Below are positions 41,875 to 50,847 of a stretch of 64,000 nucleotides of DNA, one piece after another; the first letter of the stretch is position 1, and each line of letters starts with the position of its first letter. A program made the translations under genes and the position numbers. This DNA comes from Pseudomonadota bacterium (GTDB lineage Bacteria; Campylobacterota; Campylobacteria; Campylobacterales; Sulfurimonadaceae). The notes under the pieces were generated by a model that searched no databases, had not been told where the DNA came from, and saw only the letters and a list, made by a program, of their open reading frames with translations. The stretch is taken from NCBI GenBank assembly GCA_043797085.1, contig JAZDQA010000005.1, positions 139,453 through 203,452 on the forward strand, in the 5' to 3' direction.

Positions 41875-43245
41875 ATGAAAAATGGAGAAAAAATGGTTGA
41901 AAATATATTAGCGAATTTAGAACGTACCAACTGCGCCATGGACGGGACGTTTATTCAAGCAGTGAGTGAAGTGCTGCATTCGTTAGATCCGATTCTCCAA
42001 AGTGATACACGATACCAAACGTATGCGATTTTAGAGCGTCTTATTGTCCCTGATCGTGAAATTCGTTTTAAAGTTCAATGGTTGGATGACAATAATAACG
42101 TTCACATCAACAATGGTTATCGCGTACAGTTTAATAATGCCCTCGGACCGTATAAAGGGGGACTTCGTTTCCATAAAAGTGTTGATTCCGGGGTACTGAA
42201 ATTTTTAGCATTTGAGCAGATTTTTAAAAATTCTCTGACTGGATTACCCATAGGCGGTGCCAAAGGGGGATCGGATTTTGACCCAAAAGGGAAGAGTGAT
42301 TTCGAGATTATGAAATTTTGTCATGCTTTTATGCGAGAGCTTCATCAATACATCGGTGCTCGTGTGGACGTTCCTGCCGGTGATATTGGCGTAGGTACTC
42401 GTGAAATCGGGTTCTTATTTGGAGAGTATAAAAAAATTACACGTAACTACGATGGGGTTCTCAGCGGAAAGCCGTATGCGTTTGGGGGGTCATTGATGCG
42501 TCCGGAAGCAACGGGATACGGGGTAGTTTATTTTACAGTGGAGATGTTAAAAGAAGAGTTCGGCGATTCGCTGTGGGGTAAAGTATGTTGTGTGAGCGGT
42601 GCTGGAAATGTGGCATTGCATACGATTGAAAAGCTTCAATATTTCGGTGCGAAAGTGGTCACGTGCAGTGACAGTGAAGGATCTATTTATGATCCAAACG
42701 GCATTGATCTTCTTTTACTGAAAAGTCTCAAAGGCAATGGAAAACGGTTGTCGCTGGAAAACTATATGCAGCAACGGTTTGATTGTATTTACACTAAAAA
42801 AGAAGACTATCCTTCTAATGGACATGCTGTTTGGAGTACTCCGTGTTATGCGGCGTTTCCATGCGCAACCCAAAATGAGTTAACCTTTAACGATGCGGTC
42901 ACACTGTTAAACAATGGTGTCCGCACAGTAGTGGAGGGGGCAAATATGCCGACCGTTCCTGAGGCTATTGAAGTATTTCAGGCAAACGGAGTTTTGTTTG
43001 TACCGGGAAAAGCTGCTAATGCAGGCGGGGTTGCTGTGAGTGAGTTTGAAATGTCTCAAAACGCATCCATGGAAAAATGGGATTTTGAAAAAGTAGACCG
43101 TAAACTTAACGAGATTATGTGTCAAATATACAAGCGGGTCTCTTTAACGGCAAAAGAATACGGACGTGAACGAAATTTTGTGGATGGGGCGAATATCGCC
43201 GCGTTTAAACGACTTTCCGAAGCAATGATACTAGAAGGAGTTTAA
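41875..43245 (+). CDS. gdhA: NADP-specific glutamate dehydrogenase
   Basis: GPYKGGLRFH, GGAKGG, DVPAGDIGVG, RPEATGYG, EGANMP, KAANAGGV; start may be 41893. Confidence 0.95.
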   Translation: MKNGEKMVENILANLERTNCAMDGTFIQAVSEVLHSLDPILQSDTRYQTYAILERLIVPDREIRFKVQWLDDNNNVHINNGYRVQFNNALGPYKGGLRFHKSVDSGVLKFLAFEQIFKNSLTGLPIGGAKGGSDFDPKGKSDFEIMKFCHAFMRELHQYIGARVDVPAGDIGVGTREIGFLFGEYKKITRNYDGVLSGKPYAFGGSLMRPEATGYGVVYFTVEMLKEEFGDSLWGKVCCVSGAGNVALHTIEKLQYFGAKVVTCSDSEGSIYDPNGIDLLLLKSLKGNGKRLSLENYMQQRFDCIYTKKEDYPSNGHAVWSTPCYAAFPCATQNELTFNDAVTLLNNGVRTVVEGANMPTVPEAIEVFQANGVLFVPGKAANAGGVAVSEFEMSQNASMEKWDFEKVDRKLNEIMCQIYKRVSLTAKEYGRERNFVDGANIAAFKRLSEAMILEGV

Positions 43246-43320
43246 TGATTAACATCCAATTAACATATATTTATCGAAGTGCGACTACAATTGCACCAAT
43301 CTTATCACGACAGGTCCCGA

Positions 43321-46300
43321 ATGAATAAACTTTACTCTTTATTGAGCTCCATGAAAACGATGGCGGCTTTAATGCTACTCTTTGCAATCACCATCGGTTA
43401 CGCTACCTTTGTTGAAAATGATTACGGAACGATGAGCGCAAAAGCGGATATTTACAATGCCCGTTGGTTTGAAATACTGTTGGGATTATTGGCGCTCAAT
43501 CTCACGTTGAATATCCTTAAATTTAAAATGGCGCGTAATGGGAAATGGCTTGTATTTACCTTTCACGTCGCATTTTTGATTATTCTTATCGGTGCTGCCG
43601 TGACTCGTTATATGGGTTATGAGGGGGTTATGCACATCCGTGAAGGTCAAAGCAGTGATGTTATGGTCAGTGCTGAACCTTATGTGATTTTTGATGTTGA
43701 GACGGGAGGTAAAACGTATAATTTTAAAGAACCGCTCTATCTCTCTAACCGCTCACAGAATCATTTTGATCGTGTGTTGTCCTTGGATAACCAAGAAATC
43801 ACGGTTAAACTGGAAAATTACATGGGTAATGCACATTATGAAGCCGTTGCAGATCCTAAAGGTTCTCCGATTCTAAACATGATGATTACCGCAGGTGCTG
43901 GCGGAGAACAAGTGAGTCTCAAGCAAGGTGATTTTTATGAAGCAAATGATGTTGTGATTGACTTTGGATCGGGTCAAACGTTCCAAAAACCAGTGATTGC
44001 TTTGAGCGTAGAGGGGGATAAAGTGGTTATGAATACTCCCGTTAACCTTAATGCATTAAACATGGATACCCAACAACCACATGCGATAACAGCCGGGAAA
44101 AATGTTCTAACGAATCGGACTCTTTTCCAAACCTCGCAAAGCGGTTTTGTATTGCGTGCATTCTTGCCCAAAGCATCTATGAGTCTCGTTTCACAACCCT
44201 CTAAGGGACCAAAAGTACAGGGTCAAGATGCCCTTACCCTAAAAGTGAGCCATGGTGATAAAAGCGAAAACGTTGTTGTTCTTGGGTCAACAGGTGTTGT
44301 GGGTGAGAGCTCAAGCGTTGTGCTCGATGATATTCGCGTGAAGGCATCCTATGGATCGATTGAGCGAAAATTGCCGTTTGCAATTGTCTTGAATGATTTC
44401 CAATTAGAGCGCTATCCGGGTTCAATGTCACCCGCATCGTACGCCAGCGAAGTGACCCTAGTGGATCAGCGTGCAGGGATTAAAATGCCGTTTCGTATCT
44501 ATATGAACCATATTCTTGATTACCAAAATTTTCGTTTCTTTCAATCTTCATATGATCAAGATGAATTAGGAACCGTTCTATCGGTCAATAAAGATCCCGG
44601 TACGTTGATTACCTACATCGGATATTTGTTATTGGCAATAGGGATGTTTGGTGTATTAATTGTCAAAAATGGCCGCTTCAATGGATTGAGCGAAAAACTC
44701 AAAAAGCTGGATGCTCAAAAAATGGCCGCCTCGTTCGCCTTGATAGCAATGATGTTTATGGGTACAAACTCTCATGCTGTGGAGAGTGAAAATCCCGTTA
44801 TACAAACAGCAAAAAGTTTTGATGCGGCTCATGCCGATAAATTTGGTCATTTGGTCGTACAAGATTCCAGCGGTCGAATGAAACCGCTCGATACTCTTTC
44901 CAATGAGATTTTAGCAAAGTTAAGCCGGAATAATGAAGTTTTAGGACTCTCTCCTAATCAAGTTATTTTGGGGATGATGCTTCGCCCTGATGCGTGGCGC
45001 GAGATTGCGATGATCAAACTTGGGGATAAAGAGATTAATAAACTCATTGGACTTCCTGAAAATGCAAAAACAGCGGCATTTTCACAATTTTTTGAATTTC
45101 CCGATGATATAACGGGCTACAAATTAGCACAATTGGTCGATGAAGCCACACGAAAAGCTCCGGGTAAACGGGATAAATTTGATAAAGCATTATTGCAAGT
45201 CGATGAGCGTGTCAATGTTGCGTATATGGTTTACACCGGATCTTTGATTCAAATGTGGCCAAGAGCGAATGATAAAAACAATAAATGGAATGCAACCATC
45301 GAAGCGCTTCAAACTCTTGAACCCAAAGATTCTGAAATGGTACGCATGATGGCAGTAGGATATTTCAGTGCCGTTGATGCTGCGCTTAAAAGTGGAGATT
45401 GGAGTGCTGCGGATAAAGCATTGGCGATGATTGACAAATACCAGCATTTTGCAGGGGCGAGTGTTTATCCTAGTGAGAGTAAACTTGCCGTAGAAGTTTT
45501 TTACAATAAAAGCAATATTTTTGAACAACTGTGGCCTTTGTATTTTCTCGTAGGCTTTATCTTGTTGATTTTATCGTTTGTGAAAATTTTGAAACCTGAT
45601 TTCAAGTTAGACTTTTTTAGCAAAGCGACATTGGGGTTATTGGTTCTCTTCTTTTTGGCACATACAGCAGGTCTTGCAATGCGTTGGTACATCTCAGGTC
45701 ACGCACCATGGTCAAACGGGTATGAATCGATGATCTACATTGGATGGGCGACAGTGTTAGCCGGATTTATCTTCTCAGGTAAATCGCCGATGACCTTAGC
45801 CGCGACTGGGATCTTAACCGGTCTTATTTTGTTTGTTGCTCATCTTAACTGGATGGATCCTCAAGTGACCAATCTAGTACCCGTACTCCAATCGTACTGG
45901 TTGAGTATTCACGTTTCGATGATTACGGCGAGTTATGGTTTCTTGGGGCTTGGGGCGTTACTTGGGATGATTACTCTCATCTTGTTTATCCTCAAAAATC
46001 CAAAGAATCAAGCGCGTCTGAACTTGGCGATCAAAGAACTTAATGCGATCAATGAGATGAGTCTTATGATCGGATTGGTTCTTCTCACCGTCGGTAACTT
46101 CCTCGGAGGCGTTTGGGCAAATGAGAGCTGGGGACGCTACTGGGGCTGGGATCCAAAAGAGACATGGGCCTTGGTCACTATCTTGGTCTATGCGGTAGTT
46201 ATCCACCTTCGTATGATTAAGGGTGCATATAATGATTATGCATTCAGCGTTATTTCATTGCTGGCATTTACATCAGTATTGATGACCTATTTCGGTGTAA

Positions 46301-46431
46301 ACTACTATCTAGCAGGGATGCACTCGTATGCCAAGGGTGATCCTGTACCGGTACCGGATTTTGTTCCTTGGACGTATGCTGTAGTCGCAATTGTTATTGC
46401 AATGGCGTATCCGAAACGCAATACAAACTAA
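43321..46431 (+). CDS. ccsA: Fused system II cytochrome c biogenesis protein CcsBA
   Basis: ResB-like region (YMNHIL, RFFQSSYD) and WWD domain WANESWGRYWGWDPKETW, GMHSYA; ATG 43321 preferred to GTG 43279. Confidence 0.93.
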   Translation: MNKLYSLLSSMKTMAALMLLFAITIGYATFVENDYGTMSAKADIYNARWFEILLGLLALNLTLNILKFKMARNGKWLVFTFHVAFLIILIGAAVTRYMGYEGVMHIREGQSSDVMVSAEPYVIFDVETGGKTYNFKEPLYLSNRSQNHFDRVLSLDNQEITVKLENYMGNAHYEAVADPKGSPILNMMITAGAGGEQVSLKQGDFYEANDVVIDFGSGQTFQKPVIALSVEGDKVVMNTPVNLNALNMDTQQPHAITAGKNVLTNRTLFQTSQSGFVLRAFLPKASMSLVSQPSKGPKVQGQDALTLKVSHGDKSENVVVLGSTGVVGESSSVVLDDIRVKASYGSIERKLPFAIVLNDFQLERYPGSMSPASYASEVTLVDQRAGIKMPFRIYMNHILDYQNFRFFQSSYDQDELGTVLSVNKDPGTLITYIGYLLLAIGMFGVLIVKNGRFNGLSEKLKKLDAQKMAASFALIAMMFMGTNSHAVESENPVIQTAKSFDAAHADKFGHLVVQDSSGRMKPLDTLSNEILAKLSRNNEVLGLSPNQVILGMMLRPDAWREIAMIKLGDKEINKLIGLPENAKTAAFSQFFEFPDDITGYKLAQLVDEATRKAPGKRDKFDKALLQVDERVNVAYMVYTGSLIQMWPRANDKNNKWNATIEALQTLEPKDSEMVRMMAVGYFSAVDAALKSGDWSAADKALAMIDKYQHFAGASVYPSESKLAVEVFYNKSNIFEQLWPLYFLVGFILLILSFVKILKPDFKLDFFSKATLGLLVLFFLAHTAGLAMRWYISGHAPWSNGYESMIYIGWATVLAGFIFSGKSPMTLAATGILTGLILFVAHLNWMDPQVTNLVPVLQSYWLSIHVSMITASYGFLGLGALLGMITLILFILKNPKNQARLNLAIKELNAINEMSLMIGLVLLTVGNFLGGVWANESWGRYWGWDPKETWALVTILVYAVVIHLRMIKGAYNDYAFSVISLLAFTSVLMTYFGVNYYLAGMHSYAKGDPVPVPDFVPWTYAVVAIVIAMAYPKRNTN

Positions 46432-46471
46432 TTCCCCGTTCGCCCTGAGCGTGGGGTGAACAAAATTCATA

Positions 46472-46601
46472 CTATTTTTTATTCAATCGTGCTTGCAGTG
46501 CATCCAAACTTTTGATCGTTTCAGCATCCAATGTAATCACGGATACACTTACTGTAATTCCCACCTCTTTTAGCCAGTAGACATACAGATCATTAATCAT
46601 C
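46472..46601 (-). repeat. Duplicated 3' end of the HD-GYP gene
   Basis: 125/130 match to 47195-47324. Confidence 0.93.
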
Positions 46602-46631
46602 CTCGTTCCCAAACAGGAGTTTGGGAGCGAG
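46602..46631. repeat. REP-like palindrome at the insertion junction
   Basis: CTCGTTCCCAAAC-agga-GTTTGGGAGCGAG, a 13-bp stem with one G-T pair. Confidence 0.7.
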
Positions 46632-46732
46632 AAATCATTTAAAGAAATAAGAAATAGAGGTATTCAATCTTCACTTTTAAAGCACGTGAGGCGTAGGTAA
46701 TTGGAAGAAACAGAGACGAACTGAATTAAAAT

Positions 46733-46796
46733 ATAGAAACTGGGATGGATACCGTGTCTACCCTAAAGGGCACGTGAAGTACGGATGACAAAGCAA
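46733..46796. repeat. Imperfect direct repeat, copy 1, flanking the small-peptide module
   Basis: ATAGAAA-TGGGAT..TA.CGTGTC..TA.CCTA.AGGGCACGTGAAG.ACG...AAAGCAA shared with 47119-47181. Confidence 0.75.
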
Positions 46797-46867
46797 ATAC
46801 GATATGCCAAAAAAATAAATTTTATTGAATATAGAAACTATTACTGAATGATTGAAAGACAGGGGGG

Positions 46868-46886
46868 CAAGGGGATAAACCCCTTG
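46868..46886 (-). terminator. Hairpin just downstream of the 19-aa ORF
   Basis: Perfect inverted repeat CAAGGGG-ataaa-CCCCTTG. Confidence 0.6.
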
Positions 46887-46893
46887 GCTATAC

Positions 46894-46953
46894 TCAATTG
46901 AGCATAGGTACAAAAATGCACAAAAGCAGTAATGCGGTTACTAGCTTATCCAT
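46894..46953 (-). CDS. Putative small hydrophobic peptide MDKLVTALLLLCIFVPMLN (candidate Ibs-like type I toxin)
   Basis: Hand-translated; SD-like AAGGGGG 7 nt before ATG; hydrophobic core; structured leader and downstream hairpin. Confidence 0.65.
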   Translation of the reverse strand: MDKLVTALLLLCIFVPMLN

Positions 46954-47073
46954 AAAGAACCCCCTTCGTGTTAAGTCTTTGGAGGGCAAAAAAAAAGGTC
47001 AAGGGGTAATTAATCCCTCGACCTTAATTGTACCGCTCCATTGACTTAACAGGAAAGTGTAACCGCAAGAAGA

Positions 47074-47082
47074 ATTGTACCA
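47074..47082 (-). promoter_or_regulatory. Extended -10 promoter for the small-peptide transcript
   Basis: Minus strand reads TGGTACAAT (TGn-TAcAAT), preceded by a T-tract. Confidence 0.55.
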
Positions 47083-47118
47083 CAAAAAATGAATAGAGGT
47101 CGCCAATTAAATTTTAAA

Positions 47119-47181
47119 ATAGAAATGGGATAGGTATCGTGTCGTATCCTATAGGGCACGTGAAGCACGATATGAAAGCAA
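47119..47181. repeat. Imperfect direct repeat, copy 2
   Basis: Similar to 46733-46796. Confidence 0.75.
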
Positions 47182-47194
47182 GTAGTTAGTTATT

Positions 47195-48922
47195 CTATTT
47201 TTTATTCAATCGTGATTGCAGTGCATCCAAACTTTTGATCGTTTCTGCATCCAATGTAATCACGGATACACTTACTGTAATTCCCACCTCTTTTAGCCAA
47301 TCAACATACAGATCATTAATCATCGGCAGTTCATTATCTTTTCTAAAGAGGATAAAATCATCCCCTTGAAAACGTATAACCGGCAATTTAGGATACTTCT
47401 CTTGCAATATCTGTGCGTAATGTTTGAGAAGATCATCCCCTTTATCCCATCCATAGGATTTGTTAAATTGACTGATGTTACCTAGATTAATCAGCCATAA
47501 TTGTTTGTATTGAGTAAAATCAGGCTCAAAAAAGAGAAAATTGAGATAAGACGATGTATAGGCACCAGTAAGGGGATCTTTGTAAAAATAGGAGAAGCGT
47601 TCCATCTCAAGCTCTGTTGTAGGACGTTGAGAGTGGTTCGCTTCGAGTGAGATATCATTGAGTGCTATGAGTGCCGCATCGACGATATCCGCACGAAATT
47701 GTGTCCGACAATTAGTATTAAGTTCAAGCATTGATTCCTTTAATGTCTTTCGCCCTTTGTAAATACGGTTTGTTGTCATCGCGTCAAAACAATCTGCTAT
47801 GGCTAAGATTTGCGAGTTTAATGGGATTTCCTCTCCTTTTAGCCCAAAAGGATAGCCGCTACCATCGATACGCTCGTGATGGTAACGGATGATTTGAGCG
47901 ATGGAGGCAAAAATCTCTACTTTACTCAGAAGTTTATAACTGGCATTGACATGTTCTTCGATAAGTTTTTTCTCGAGTGGTTCCAAGCGACCGGGTTTGA
48001 GTAATATTGAGTCAGGAATCGCAACTTTCCCGATATCGTGCAAAACTCCTGCTCTGTATATCTCTTCTTGTATTTCCTCACTAAATCCCATCTCTTTAGC
48101 GATCAGCCGTGAATATTCACCTACGCGTTTTCCATGTCCTGCAGTATAGTTATCACGTTGTTCGATCAGAGAAACGAGCGAAAAGAGGTTTTGTTCATAG
48201 AGGTCAATTTTTTCACTGATACGCTCATTAGAATTGCGGTATCCCCAATACAAACCGCTTAATCCTAATATCCAAATACACACACTTATTAGGATATTTG
48301 GACGTATTCCTGAGGTAAAAATTTCATTGTATCGGCTTAGCGGTATTTCTATGGAGAGACCGCCTCGAACATCTCCGAGTTTGTATCCTTGGTCTTGATG
48401 ACATTTCATACATTGCTGATCGATAAAAAATGGTCTCATATACTGCAAACTGTCATTAGCGGTTATTCTATGGACATCCGTACGTGTGGTTTCAATCCGT
48501 TTTAAGGCTTCAGCCTCCCATTCGCTAGGATCATTGTGAGGATTGAGAAGTTTGAGGCTGGTTAAATGTCCTTGTATGCCGGAATGTTGTGTGTATAACT
48601 CTGAGATTTGTCTCAGTGCGTAGGCAGGATTAAAAAGAGTGAGCTGTAAACCGTTGGTAGTATTTACATCACGATTTTTAACATGTAGATAAGGATTCGG
48701 TCGAGAGTTGTTTTGATCGGCAATAACATATACACCACCCTTGGATGAAATCCAAGAGCGAAAGGTTAAATCTTTATTGATACTGGTGCGTGCTTCGAGA
48801 AGGGCTAATGAGTTGATAACGCGGTTTTTTTGAAATATCATAATGGCAATAAAAAAAGCAATTAAAATAGTCCATGCTACTGCTAACAGGATAAAAACTT
48901 TTGCTAATTGCCGTTTTTCCAG
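47195..48922 (-). CDS. HD-GYP phosphodiesterase with periplasmic c-type heme sensor (DUF3365-like) and degenerate GGDEF domain
   Basis: CMKCH heme motif, LHDIGK, HHERIDGSGYP, IADCFDAM, C-terminal QGDDF. The frame extends upstream of ATG 48841 through a TM helix to a CTG at 48922 (start uncertain). Confidence 0.88.
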   Translation of the reverse strand: MEKRQLAKVFILLAVAWTILIAFFIAIMIFQKNRVINSLALLEARTSINKDLTFRSWISSKGGVYVIADQNNSRPNPYLHVKNRDVNTTNGLQLTLFNPAYALRQISELYTQHSGIQGHLTSLKLLNPHNDPSEWEAEALKRIETTRTDVHRITANDSLQYMRPFFIDQQCMKCHQDQGYKLGDVRGGLSIEIPLSRYNEIFTSGIRPNILISVCIWILGLSGLYWGYRNSNERISEKIDLYEQNLFSLVSLIEQRDNYTAGHGKRVGEYSRLIAKEMGFSEEIQEEIYRAGVLHDIGKVAIPDSILLKPGRLEPLEKKLIEEHVNASYKLLSKVEIFASIAQIIRYHHERIDGSGYPFGLKGEEIPLNSQILAIADCFDAMTTNRIYKGRKTLKESMLELNTNCRTQFRADIVDAALIALNDISLEANHSQRPTTELEMERFSYFYKDPLTGAYTSSYLNFLFFEPDFTQYKQLWLINLGNISQFNKSYGWDKGDDLLKHYAQILQEKYPKLPVIRFQGDDFILFRKDNELPMINDLYVDWLKEVGITVSVSVITLDAETIKSLDALQSRLNKK

Positions 48923-48971
48923 AGGAACTACCTTATACTAAAAAGTGTTAGTATACGATAGTATCGCGTTA

Positions 48972-50087
48972 TTATTTAAACCACCCTTTTACTTTTTCAA
49001 ACGTTGATTCGAAAAGAGACTCATGCGGTTTGGATTCGATTCCGAAACTTGCTTGCAGTTTTTGCAAAAGTTCTTCTTGTTCTGTTGTGAGACGAGTAGG
49101 GTAGGTGAGGGTGATTTGGGCGATCATGTCTCCTTTTCCTCGACCGTGTACATCAGCGATTCCTTCACCTTTAAATCGGTAATGCTGTTTGTCTTTGGTT
49201 CCGGTTTCCAGTTCCAACGTCACTTCGCCATTGAGTGAGGGGATAGTAATATCTTCGCCCAAAACTGCTTGGGTGAAAAAGATGGGAACTTCGAGATAGA
49301 CGTCATTGCCATTGCGGATAAAGTGGCTGTCTTCTTCTACCTCAAAAGTGACGTATAAATCTCCTCGTACACCGCTTTTTCCCATATTCCCGCGTCCTGA
49401 TACACGCAAGCGGTTACCGTTATCGATACCTGCCGGAACTTTTACGGTCACTTTTTCTTTTGTTTCCGTATAGCTTTTTCCTTTACAGTCGGTACATTTC
49501 TCACTTGCCATTGTCCCCTCACCATGACACGCAGGACAGGTTTGTGAGAAGGTCATGAACCCTTGACGAACGTACACTTGCCCTTTACCGCCGCATTGGC
49601 TGCAACTGGTGACTTTTGCGTCTTTTGCACCGGTTCCTTTACAAGTTTTACACGAAGTTTTAGCGCTGAAGGTTACCTCTTTTTCGCATCCGAAAACGGC
49701 TTCTTTGAAGCTGATACGCATCTCCACACCCATATCGAGCTGAAACTTATCGCTTGGAGCACGAGATTGACGACTTCGACCACCGCCTGCAAAGCCATTA
49801 AACATCTCTTCGAAAACACTTCCAAGATCATCAAATCCGCCACGGCTACGTCCGCCACCGCCTTGTAAGCCTTCTTTACCATAACGGTCATAGACAGAGC
49901 GCTGTTGCTCGTCGCTGAGGACTTGATACGCTTCGTTACAGAGTTTGAACTTGTGTTCTGCGGTAGCATCGTTGGGGTTACGGTCAGGGTGGTGGAGTTT
50001 TGCCATTTTACGGTAGGCTTTTTTGATTTCGTCTCCGTTAGCATTTTTGGTAACTTCTAAAATTTCATAATAACTCAAATTTTCCAT
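48972..50087 (-). CDS. dnaJ: Chaperone DnaJ
   Basis: J domain with HPD, G/F-rich region, four CxxCxGxG-type repeats; start placed at MENLSYY (50087). Confidence 0.97.
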   Translation of the reverse strand: MENLSYYEILEVTKNANGDEIKKAYRKMAKLHHPDRNPNDATAEHKFKLCNEAYQVLSDEQQRSVYDRYGKEGLQGGGGRSRGGFDDLGSVFEEMFNGFAGGGRSRQSRAPSDKFQLDMGVEMRISFKEAVFGCEKEVTFSAKTSCKTCKGTGAKDAKVTSCSQCGGKGQVYVRQGFMTFSQTCPACHGEGTMASEKCTDCKGKSYTETKEKVTVKVPAGIDNGNRLRVSGRGNMGKSGVRGDLYVTFEVEEDSHFIRNGNDVYLEVPIFFTQAVLGEDITIPSLNGEVTLELETGTKDKQHYRFKGEGIADVHGRGKGDMIAQITLTYPTRLTTEQEELLQKLQASFGIESKPHESLFESTFEKVKGWFK

Positions 50088-50170
50088 GCATAATCTCCAA
50101 AATTTTTTGCGAATTATACCACAGCTTACTTGAGTCACAAAGACTAAAGATATTTTGCTACAATAGCGGC

Positions 50171-50740
50171 ATGAAACGTTCCCTAGAAAAATTTAATCGC
50201 CTTGTCGATGCCCTCCAGCAATTACCAACTATCGGACAAAAATCGGCGACACGTCTTGCGTACCATTTGGTGATGCACGATACTTTTGGTGCTCTTAAAC
50301 TTGCGCATGCTATCGAAAATGCTGTTACCAGTTTAAAAAAATGCCGCTCGTGTGGTGGTTTAAGTGAAGATGAACTGTGTGCTATTTGCAGTGACGAGCA
50401 TCGGAATCATGAAGTACTTTGTATTGTTGAAAATGCTAAAGAGATTTTGATGTTTGAAGAAAATGCCCTTTTTGACGGGCGTTATTTTGTCCTTGATTCT
50501 TTGGAAGAACTGGATATCGCACATCTTCGTGCCATCATCAACAGTGGGATAAAAGAGGTGATTTTTGCCCTTACTCCCTCCATCGCTAATCAAGGAGTGA
50601 TGCTCTATATCGAAGATAAGCTAATGGAGTGCGATGTACGATTTAGCCGTATCGCGCAGGGAGTTCCTACGGGCGTGAGTTTGGAGAATGTGGACATTCT
50701 CTCGCTGTCTAAAGCACTTGAAGATCGGGTTAGTATTTAG
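50171..50740 (+). CDS. recR: Recombination protein RecR
   Basis: [13 protein letters not shown], CxxC...CxxC zinc finger, [10 protein letters not shown]. Confidence 0.95.
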   Translation: MKRSLEKFNRLVDALQQLPTIGQKSATRLAYHLVMHDTFGALKLAHAIENAVTSLKKCRSCGGLSEDELCAICSDEHRNHEVLCIVENAKEILMFEENALFDGRYFVLDSLEELDIAHLRAIINSGIKEVIFALTPSIANQGVMLYIEDKLMECDVRFSRIAQGVPTGVSLENVDILSLSKALEDRVSI

Positions 50741-50847
50741 TAGCATTGTTCATTTCTGACAAGATATTTTTGTTTTTTTGTTTTTAGTTAAGTTTATATT
50801 AATTGTATTATAAATAAACTATAATATGAAACATTAAGGATTTTGTT

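Noticed and set aside
46435..46461. GTTCGCCC/GGGTGAAC hairpin after ccsBA as a separate mobile repeat
   Set aside because: Single short copy in the window; most simply a terminator-like stem.
46602..47194. CRISPR array or integron cassette array
   Set aside because: Only two or three degenerate repeats with irregular spacing, and no cas gene or integron integrase in the window.
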